Shown: positions 1 to 9,998 of the stretch, piece by piece | Layout: each line of letters starts with the position of its first letter | How positions within the stretch are numbered: position 1 is the stretch's first letter | Assembly (NCBI GenBank): GCA_040954595.2 | Contig: CM082579.2 | Span: forward strand, 13,641,834 to 13,705,833 | Direction: 5' to 3' | Origin: Balanoglossus misakiensis | Lineage: Eukaryota > Animalia > Hemichordata | Length of the DNA stretch: 64,000 nucleotides | Translations under genes and position numbers: made by a program | Notes under the pieces: model-generated | Database searches by the model: none | Told to the model about the DNA's origin: nothing | Seen by the model: only the letters and a program-made list of their open reading frames with translations

Positions 1-1816
1 AAGATTTTCGATCCCAATCGTTTCGGCCCCCAATTTTCACGACCCCGGTCTGTTCGGCCCCGACACCCCAGTCGTTTCGGTGCTTATCGGTAATGGCCCA
101 ACCTGACTCATTGTTGCCTAGTTCAGTAAAGGGGCGATGTCAGTGGGACTGGCAGTGAGGGGAGACGGTGCATGTTCTCGTTTGTGGTACCGTGTGTTTT
201 GAAATACAGGAGTCGACAAATGTGACGTGTAATAATTTGTACACAATTTTCTTTACCCCAATACAAAAATGCCTTTCAGCACAGAAAAAACAACAAAGCA
301 ACGCCATTATCGTTAACACCTAATTGTTTCTCCCAATTTGAAGTGGTCTCTTTCGAAGATAAAGGATTCGTCATGAGAGTTACTCATTGTACAAACTGAC
401 CACCTGTCAGACATTGTGGATTTTCCTTATATTTCTGCTTTCTATCCGAGTTACTACCTGTCACCTGTCAGACATTGTGGATTTTCTGCTTTCTATCCGA
501 GTGCAGAGCGGGAAAACCCGCTGAGGCTATACCGCTGTCAGAAGAAACAGCGAGGGCTTCGAACGTATTTTTATTTTTCACACTTAAATCACTGCTCGTA
601 AATTAATGCATCAAAAGTAAAAGTTTCCTTTTCCCTTTTAAATTTAAAAGTATATATGGCCTATGTCACGATCAAAATTGCGATTGTGTTTATAACTAGC
701 ATAGCTGCAATAATTAGAGTGATGGGTAGCTATTTTCGCTTGGTTGAATCACGGTCACTCCACAAGGGTCGCGGACGTAGTCAGATTTATGGACGAAAAA
801 GTCAGAACAATCAAGACCGAGAGTATACTGCGAGCAGTCATACGCATTGATACTCATATGAAATCAACAATGAAGAATAATCTGCATAACAGGAAAAAGA
901 AAGCCTACTGGTGACTAGCCTGCATATTAGTAAATCACAGGTGTTAATGGGGTGGGCCCCGGGAGGTAGCCTTTGGTCAGTAGGATCGTACCGGCTACCC
1001 CATAAATGTATTTTTCACTAATTTGTGCGATCAAGTTTTTCTCCTCAACATGATCTCCAAAACTATAGAGTCTATTGCAGATTCAAAATCATATCCAGGG
1101 AATCCACAGATCGCGATTCGTGTTTTCTTGTGTTTATATTTAGCTGGAATAATTGTAACGGCACCGTGTCGCTGTTTTTGGTGTAGATGCCCGCACACTT
1201 ACATGCAATGGACCGCAGTTACGTTGCGCGGTCGTGATGTAAATTTAGGAAATAGTGATACACTGCATCTATTAAAGCTTATCTTTGTTTCAGAGTAAAA
1301 ATCTACCCGCTTTCTCTGTACTGTATCTCCCAGCGTCCACGGGTGTTACATGTTTATGCTCGGCCAGCCACGTTCTTCAGGTTGTTATCACCTTTTTGTT
1401 CGTCAGTACTTCAAAATAAAATATGTGTGAACTCAATGAACAAAAACTTCTGAAGTCAGTACATTTTTGTCTGTGGTTTGTTTTAAAAATACAATTTGAT
1501 GCGCCGGTCACTAGGACCCTAGGGTCATAGTTCTGAGTGTCAGGCTCATGAAAACAAGAACAATCTATAACTCAAATATTAGATACATACTAGTATTGTA
1601 AGTTGCGTCTTACAAAGCACAATAATGTGACTTCATCCATTTCCCAAACAGAGAAACTAAGACAAATCAGTCAGAGTATCGACCACACTGTTGTCTGTGA
1701 TCGACAACACGTATACGCGCGTCCGTTCACCGCGACAATAATGTGTGTAACGATCGTTCAATTCATTCGATCAGGCACTATGAACATGCCCCCGCCGATT
1801 CCACCAGCCGCCCACC

Positions 1817-2655
1817 TTGTCACCAACACCACTCCCACCACGCCCAGCCGCTGATATTACACCACCGTTCCAAACTACACTACAGCCGGCAGTACAGCCG
1901 ATTCTCACGTCTCCGCAGACAACGGGGATGATTGAGACTACTCCGCCTCCACTATGGTTCCCTCCTATCACCGGGGATGTTCTCATACCAGAATCATATA
2001 TAGACCGGTGTAAGGTCGTAAGTTGCTCTATAGGCAACTTTGCCAAGAACCTTGTGTTTATGGTTTATTCGCCGAGTGAACGCGCCGGACGTAATTGCAC
2101 AGGGCGTGTGTTTGGGGGTACCAAACAGAAATTGAAGTTAAGTCCCAGAAGGCTTAAGAAAGTTGAAGGAGCAACTTTCCGAAAATATTTTAGAAATAAT
2201 GGACTCCGCCCTGACCATTAACGTTTGTTTATGGGCAAGGGCGAGGGGAAAGCCAAAAATTCATGGGCGAGGCTTCCGAGCCCATGAATTTTGGCTTTCC
2301 TCGAGCCCGCAAACGTTTATGGTCAGGGCGGAGTCGGTTATTTCCATTATATTACCAACAAAATCAAGAAAACCGTCAAAATTTACGAAAATGTCCCACT
2401 AGAGGCCCCGGAACTTGTGTTACGCAAAATTTTGTATTCACTGAACTGTTTGCTAATATTACTATTCAGATTTACGGGGATGTAAACAAACCATTACTGA
2501 GTATTTGTGGTCAGTGACGTCGTTCATCTCGACCAATTAAAATGCGACGCACAAGCCATGGTAATATTATCCCACGATTTTCCGCGATCCGCCGAGCGCG
2601 ACGTGTGGTCAAAACAGTGCATCAAGTCAATCGATAAAGCTCTCCGCTGTTTATG
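1817..2655 (+). pseudogene. BEN-domain protein fragment split by a palindromic MITE
   Basis: ORF 1817-2221 has a P/T-rich stretch followed by SIGNFAKNLVFMVYSPSERAGRNCTG...KLKLSPRRLKKV...FRKY, resembling the BEN core. The BEN-type C-terminal helix WSKQCIKSIDKALR resumes at ~2606, after the insertion. Confidence 0.7.
2189..2570. mobile_element. Non-autonomous palindromic element (Crypton-like MITE)
   Basis: Long imperfect hairpin at ~2193-2345 (gactccgccctgaccat...atggtcagggcggagtc). An internal tatattacc pairs with the terminal ggtaatat. It interrupts the BEN coding sequence. Confidence 0.55.
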
Positions 2656-2924
2656 TTTTTGTTTTTTTGTTTTTTTTTTGGGGGGGGGCTTTATCAGCAT
2701 GTTTGTCGGATTGTCATTCTCTCGTTCAGAAAGGAAATGTTCCCTTGCATTTGTACAACTAATGTAGTGTAATTGTGTTTTAACATGGAGGTACTATGGT
2801 TTTAAATGCTTAATAAAGAAAACTAACACTGACAACGGACACATTTTGTTCGTAGTGAATTAAACGCCCCTCCCTGAATGCCTAGTCTGAAATAAAACTT
2901 ATGTTGAGAAGGAGAGTTGTACAT

Positions 2925-3538
2925 TGATTAACGTTTTCAAAGGTGTAGTACTGGTGTAGCAACGATTCAGATACGACTCCGACGGAGAATGCTTTTCGCC
3001 TGTGCTGCGCCGGTGTTAATTTTCGACAGCGATGACGGGTGGTTCAGATCCAGACCGAAGCAAATATACAGTGAGAACGCAAAGCACAACCCTGTCGTGA
3101 CTTTTGATTATGTTTATCTAGGTAACCTATTGTCTTGGGTCAGTTTCCATTGTTGAGTCAATCACACTGGACGCGAGTGGTTTTCTAACCACTCGTGGTT
3201 AGCCGGGTCTGCAACATTTCTGTCCGCCACCAACTTTAATTTAGGTTCTTTTGATCGCCGAAAAGACGAGGCGTTTTCGATGTGTGGATTAACATCCGGT
3301 ACTTCTAAACGATATCAAAACGGTCATGAAGAAGACGACAAAGTCGTCTAGAACGCATATCCAGGTACATATAGAAACTGAGATATGTTGCAATTACATG
3401 TCCTCGACGTCCTCATTTTTTGTTAGTTGCCGTGTTCCTAAACATTGCCATTTAGACGGCGTTGATCTCAATATGTCCGTTTAGAGTGTGGACGCACACA
3501 GATTCTGCGGGCTAATCCCCTGTTAGCAAGAAACACGA
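2925..3538 (-). mobile_element. Diverged copy of the Harbinger-like MITE at 44399-45070
   Basis: Reverse-complement homology blocks: gtcgtctagaacgcatat / atatgcgttctagacgac, ttgttagttgccgtgtt / aacacggcaactaacaa, cagtgagaacgcaaag / ctttgcgttctcactg. Confidence 0.7.
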
Positions 3539-3796
3539 AGTGCTAGCGTGGGCCTACGCGTTCCCTACACATAATGAAGCCCATAGACAAGGAGCAAGTC
3601 TAGCGCGCCAGGTAAACAAGCGCGCTTCCTGTGACCGGGCTGGCCATGCAAGCCAGGTAGCTCATGAATATTCAGGATTCAAGCCTGGCGCGCTCAGCAA
3701 ACACGCTCACCGGGCCTGGCGAGCCAGGCGAGCCACCTGGCTTGCTGCGTTCAGGAGCAGATGCGCCAGGTAGAACAGGACATTCAATCTGTAGTG

Positions 3797-6700
3797 TATA
3801 TTGTCATTGCCACTTAGCTGCATGTGTCCACTTTTCAGTCGTTTCTATACCACATCAGCTTCCAACAGCACACACAATTTGTCCACTGGTCGATCCAGGG
3901 TCGATGTTTTGGTCTTCACCGTTGCAACACGCACAAATCCCTTCTTGTCTCTTTTCACATCGATGACCACTCCTAGGGGCCAGGAATTTCTTGGTGCAGA
4001 GTTGTCCACAATCAAGACCACGTCCCCCACGGTGAGATTTCTCCTGGGTTTGAGCCACTTCTGCCTTTCCTGCAGCAGGGGGAGATATTCTTTAACCCAT
4101 CTCTTCCAAAATATGTCTGCCAGGTACTGTACTTGGCGCCACCTGCGACGAGCGTAGTTGTCGTTCTTGCAAAATATACCAGGTGGTAGATTCTGTGTGG
4201 GCTGCAACATCAGTAGATGATTCGGTGTGAGAACTTCAAGATCATTCGGATCATCAGATAGCTTGGTGATGGGGCGACTGTTGATAATGGCTTCAACTTC
4301 ACAGAACAACGTCTGCAGCACTTCATCATCTAAACGAATAGCCTGTTCTTTCATCAAGGAGAACAATATCTTCCGTATGGTTCTGATCTGACGTTCCCAT
4401 ATTCCTCCGAAGTGAGATGCCGCTGGGGGGTTGAACTCCCACTTCACACTGTGTTGATATAGGGCTTCAGATATTTTGTGGTGATTCCACTTCTCAATTT
4501 CTTCGTGTAGTTCACGATTGGCACCGACGAAATTGGTTCCGTTGTCAGATCTGATCACTTTCAATTGTCCTCTTCTTGCTGTAAATCGTCGAAGGCTGTT
4601 GATGCATGAGTCTGTATCTAGCGAGTGTGCCCCTTCGAGATGTACAGCCCGTGTCGCCAAACAAGTAAAGATCACTCCATACCTCTTCACAGTGCTGCGA
4701 CCACGCTTGACTTCCAACAGGCCGAAGTAGTCTACACCTGTTCTCGTGAATGGTGCTTCTTCTGGTGTGATGCGGTCTGCCGGCAGGTCTGCCATTTTCT
4801 GCTCACCGACCTTCGCTCTGTATCTTCGACAGATCACGCATTTTGCTATAATGCTACGGACTGCAGTGTTTGCTCGCAGGATCCAAAACTTCTCCCTTAG
4901 TCTCGCCAACATTGAGTTTCTTCCCATATGTCCGACCGCACGATGTATCTCTTCTCAGATGAGTCTCGATACTGGAGTGTCCCTTGGGAGGACCATTGGG
5001 TGCTTGCTTTCTTCTGGTAGTGACGCTCGCTCAAGACGTCCGCCTACACGTATTATCCCATCTTTCAGCATCGGATCCAGCTTGTAAAGCGGGCTGGATT
5101 TCTTCACTTCTTCACCTTTCTGTAGGGCGGTGACTTCTTCCGGGAAGTGACAATGTTGTGTGAAGCGTATAATCGCCTTCTCTGCTTCTTGTAACATTTC
5201 GAATGGGAGTGCTGGAATTTCACTTTCCTCCTTACTTCCCCTCTTTCTCATCTTTTCTTTGCTGAGCTCTTCTTTACCTTTCGTCTCAGGTTCTTCATCG
5301 AGATTTTCTCTCAGCATCCTTTTCTGTTGAACTAATCTTCTTAGCTTTTCCTTCGCCAAAAGAATCCATCCCACTGTCTTCTTGAGTTTCTTCCAGACGG
5401 AAACACGTGATATGATGTCATCAATCACCAGTGTGGATGTGTCTGCTATTACGGCGTTTATCTGTTTCTTGACCTCTGGGTCATCCTCCGGTATAATCTT
5501 CGATACCGATTGTTGTGTAGGCCATTCATTCTCCGGTCCCCATAGGAACGCTGGGCCTTCTATCCATCTCTTGTTTCGGAGAAACTGGTGTACAGTCAGC
5601 CCTCTGGAAGCATCGTCAGCCGGGTTAGACTGTGTGTTTACGTACTTCCATTGGTGCATTTCCGAACCTTCACGAATTATGTTGATTCGATTTGAAACAA
5701 AGGTATGGAAACGGGTGGTCTCGTTGGCGATGTATCTAGGTACTGACATGCTGTCTGTCCAGAAATATACCGCATCTATACGCTGATCCAACTCCCTCTC
5801 CAGCAACTTGTTCATTCTGACTGCCACGGTAGCTGCCATCAATTCCAAACGAGGAATGGTGGTCTTCTTGAGTGGTGCCACTCTGGCTTTTCCCATCAGT
5901 AGAGCGCAGTGAATTTCTCTGTCTTCATTCATCAGACGAACATAAGACGCAGTTCCATACCCATGCTGACTTGCATCGGAAATATGATGTACTTAACACC
6001 GCTTCACCTCTCCAAAATCAGCCGGCTTGAAGCATCTATCTACTGACAGTTCTTCTAGTTGTGGGAGATCGGTTAGCCATTGTCGCCATCTCTTCTGATC
6101 TCCTTGACTGATCGTCTGGTCCCATCCGAGATTTCGGTGGCACAGATCCTGTAGCAATATTCTCGCTGGCAGTATGAACGGTGATGCTAATCCCAGCGGA
6201 TCGTAGACCGAACTGACGACTGATAATATGCCCCTTCTGCTTACAGGTCTGTCTTGGATGTCTATTTTAAATCCCAGAGTGTCTGGTTCGACCGACCAAT
6301 ACACCCCTAGAGCACGTTCGGTTGGCAGGTCATCATAGTCGAGCTTCAGTTGCTTAACTTCTTTGCCTCTCTCTTGTACGGGAATAGATTCCAAGACCTC
6401 ACGACTGCTACTGATCCACTTCGTCAGACGAAAGCCTCCCATCTGGCAAGCTGCTGTCAGTTCTTGTGCTAACTTCATAGCTTCGGGCACACTACTCACT
6501 GACTTGAGACAGTCGTCCACGTAGAAATTTCTCATAATGGTGTCGATGACTTCAGTATTGAATCTGTGGCTGTTGTCTTGAGCAGTTCTGTGTAGGGCTG
6601 TATTCGCACAACTTGGAGATGATACTGCTCCAAATAGATGAACCCGCATTTGGTAGACTTCTGGCTGGCTGTTAATGTTTCCCTCAGGCCACCAATAGAA

Positions 6701-7318
6701 GCGTAGACAATCACTGTCTTCTTTGGGCACCTGTACTTGGTGAAACATTGCTTCTATGTCTGCCATCAGCGCTACTGGTTCCTGACGAAATCGCAACAGC
6801 ACACCGACAAGATTGTTAGTCAGATCCGGCCCTTGTAATAATAGGTCATTGAGAGATATCCCCTGGAACTTCGCCGAACAGTCAAAGACAACACGGATCT
6901 TCTCTGGCTTCTTTGGGTGATAGACTCCGTGATGAGGTATATACCATATCCTCCCATCGTCTTGCTGTGGCCTCTCTTGCTGAACTTTGACAGCGTAGCC
7001 CTTGTCAATTATATCTGACATGAACTTCTTATAGTCCTCCTGGAACTTGGGACTCTTCTGAATTTCATCTCAAGTGACTTCAGGTGATTCAGAGCATACT
7101 GCTCATTGTTGGGTAGTCTGACTTCTTCACTACGAAATGGTAATCCAATTTCGTAATGTCCATCTTTGAGTTTGATTGACTTGTTCACTTCATTCAGGAA
7201 CTTCTTGTCCTCCTGTGAATGCTCTCTTTTATCATCAATGACTCATTCTGGAAAATCCAAATTGATTGCGTGTCGCACTAACTGGTCTAATTTCTTCAGA
7301 CCTTCCGCCAACACGTTA
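3797..7318 (-). mobile_element. BEL/Pao LTR retrotransposon pol fragment (RT, RNase H/Pao A17, integrase, DUF5641-type tail), disrupted
   Basis: Motifs [68 protein letters not shown]-like, LTPNHLL. Contains stops and a frameshift. Confidence 0.95.
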
Positions 7319-7321
7319 CAT

Positions 7322-7451
7322 TGTTATGGTAATGTTATTTACTAAGTATGTGTGTTTGCTGTTCGTTGTCTATTATTATTGATCGCTATTAAACGGTTGC
7401 AGTTCATTGCACGTCAAGTTGGTCTGTCTTTATTGCCGTGGTGGCAGCGGT
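7322..7451 (+). promoter_or_regulatory. Gypsy 5' LTR remnant and tRNA-Leu primer-binding site
   Basis: ATTAAA at 7388-7393. TGGTGGCAGCGGT at 7439-7451 is complementary to the 3' end (CCA) of tRNA-Leu(AAG/TAG type). It lies upstream of gag and is mirrored at 15193-15205. Confidence 0.7.
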
Positions 7452-7670
7452 TTTCGAGTCCACGACTGCTAAGAAGCCTTCAACAAAGAGAAGACTATAT
7501 GGACCAAATACCCGTGCAGGCTATTTAAATGCAACCAAGCTGAGCTGTTGAAAAGTTCACCGACGTACGTTACGGTAGGAAAAACATTCGTCACAGGCAC
7601 CATCTCAGGTACCTATTTATAGCCTTGTTGCAGTACTTACGTAACTATCGACATCACGTTCTATTGTTCC

Positions 7671-9790
7671 TTGTGTAATTTATGCACAATGGCCACTGCT
7701 CGTGCACCGAAACAATGGCAACTCACGAAGTGCGAGACCATAAACTCCTTCGAAAATTGGAAACAAAACTTGATATACATCTTGTCACTGGACCCGAATT
7801 TTCGAGTATTTTTGAGAGACGGATTTACTTGGCACAAGAAAACCTCAGCCAATCCTTACAGAGGTCTTGTTGACGATGATGAGACAATTCCTGAAAACCA
7901 AAGGCAGACTGCTGCACAGAAAAACGCTCATCTTGACCTTATGTTAGGTCAAATAGCAAACTATTGTTCGATTATCTCAAGGAACTCTATTATAAAGCAG
8001 TCGACGTCATTAAATGACATATGGCAGAAAATTCGTCAACATTATGGCTTCCAATCAACAGGAGCGCACTTTTTCGATTTGAGTAGCATTCGCTTACAAC
8101 CCGACGAAAAGCCGGAAGATCTTTATCAACGTATCGTCGCATTCTATGATGATAATCTCCTGACCAGAGAAGGTGGCATCACTCACCACGGTGAAGTTAT
8201 TACTGCAGATGAAGATGTTACACCAACTTTAGAAAATACTATTGTCTTTCTTTGGCTGCAGTTGGTCAACCCTGGCTTACCTCAACTGGTCAAACAAAAA
8301 TACGGATCTGACTTACGCAATAAATCGCTCGCTTCACTTAAACCGGAAATCTCTCAGGCAATGCCATCACTTTTAGATGAGTTGCATAGCATAGAGGACA
8401 GCAAAGTTATGCGTACCGGCATTTTTAATGCATATAAGCCGCAGCCATATAAGCCGTTTTCGCGTACAAACCGGCCATTTCCACGTCGTAGACAGCCTGT
8501 AAAATCATGTATCTTATGTAGAACTGCAGGTAGACAAAATTTCACGTCACACTCCCTCGTCGACTGCAGATTTCTACCAGATGAAGATAGAGCGAACTTC
8601 AGTCGCTCCCGTTATGTTCAGAATGATGATGAAGAGATTGATTATTACAATCCCTCCGATACAGTTGATTACGAATCCAGACCAGACGAGAATCCTGTAA
8701 ATGCCCTCATCGATGAACCACATGTCATGCGTGTCAATATAATTCAGTCGCCCTTTCTCAACACATTCTACCAGCATTATCCTGTGAAGGTAACTCTTGA
8801 TACAGGTGCAACTACAAATATGATCAAGTCTGCTTTTGCTAGATCTATTGGTCTACCTATAACCCCTGCTTCACAGATGGCCCGCCAGGCTGACGGGATT
8901 ACGCCAATGGATGTCATTGGAGAAGTTCACTGCCAATTGTCACGAGGAAGTTATACCTTTACTTTAGATGCTTTGGTGGTGGAAAACCTTGATGTTGATG
9001 TCTTGGCTGGGAATCCCTTTCATGTCAGTAATGATATCGCTACACGCCCTGCTAAGAGGCAGATCGTTATCAAAGGGTCAGATATTATTTATTATGGCCA
9101 GCAACAACACCACATTGCTTCGATCCGCCGTACACAAGCCTATTTAATCCGTTGTCCATCAAAACGTACTCTATACTTCCAGGGGAATTTATCGAACTTG
9201 AAACACCCCCCTCCTGTAACCCAGATTCATTATTAGCTCTGGAACCCCGTTACGACAATCCTCTGAATCAATCAATAAAAGCTACATCTGCTTGGCCTCA
9301 ACCCCAGGAAATACAATCTGTCGACCATACATTACGTATTATAAACTCGACATCAGAACCTATCCTACTTAAACGCCATGATCACCTCTGTCAAGTACGA
9401 CTACTATCTCCTGCTCCTTTGTCTGACGCAGGTAAAAGTACCCAGTCCACTACTTCTGCTTTGCCAAGTACCGGTGTACGTGAACCATTCTCATCTGGAA
9501 TATCCCTTGACCCAGACAATCAACTTACACGCTCCATTAAGGATGAATTTATCAAATTGCATCAACAATATGATGATGTCTTCAATCCGACAATATCTAA
9601 ATATAATGGAGCTAGTGGGCGTATTGAAGCCACCGTCAATATGGGCCCGCTATTACCTCCACAAAGGAAAGGTCGGCTCCCTCATTACAACCGAGAAACA
9701 TTAATTACACTACAGGACAAGTTTGATGAGCTAGAAGCCGTTGGGGTTTTCGCCAAACCAGAAGATGTAAACACAACAGTGGAATATCTA
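7671..9790 (+). pseudogene. Gypsy gag-protease-RT 5' part, frameshifted near 9170
   Basis: Gag with a CxxC...H...C knuckle (CILC...HSLVDC) and aspartic protease LDTGA. It continues in another frame (9152) to ...VNTTVEYL, then switches into an inverted copy of the pol 3' end. Confidence 0.9.
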
Positions 9791-9998
9791 ATGGAACAGT
9801 GTCACCGAGTTGCATGAAAGTGGGCGGCGCTAGGCTCTCACCCTGTTACAGGCATCATTATGGCCTATATTTTAAGCAGTACTTATTTAAGTATCCAGTC
9901 TCCAGATTCTTGCCACGATGGTGGTTTCCTAATTCTCGAGGATCGACGTAGCTCTTTCACTGGGGACGTACTATTGTTGCTGTTGCCCTTGCATGGTG

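Larger units (their letters stand above)
3797..9998. repeat. Left arm (6.2 kb) of a giant inverted repeat
   Basis: Reverse complement of 12646-18847. All mirrored ORF coordinates sum to 22644. Confidence 0.97.

Noticed and set aside
1-80. Three gt(t)tcggccc repeats
   Set aside because: Probably the subterminal repeats of an element cut by the window edge; too little sequence to classify.
401-502. Short tandem duplication cacctgtcagacattgtggattttc
   Set aside because: Ordinary slippage-type duplication with no other signal.
4518-5786. Antisense and alternative-frame ORFs within the BEL and Gypsy regions
   Set aside because: Shadow ORFs of pol. Their duplication only reflects the palindrome.
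9152-9236. Programmed gag-pol frameshift
   Set aside because: It falls after the protease, with no clear slippery heptamer. A mutation predating the duplication is more likely, although this is not proven.
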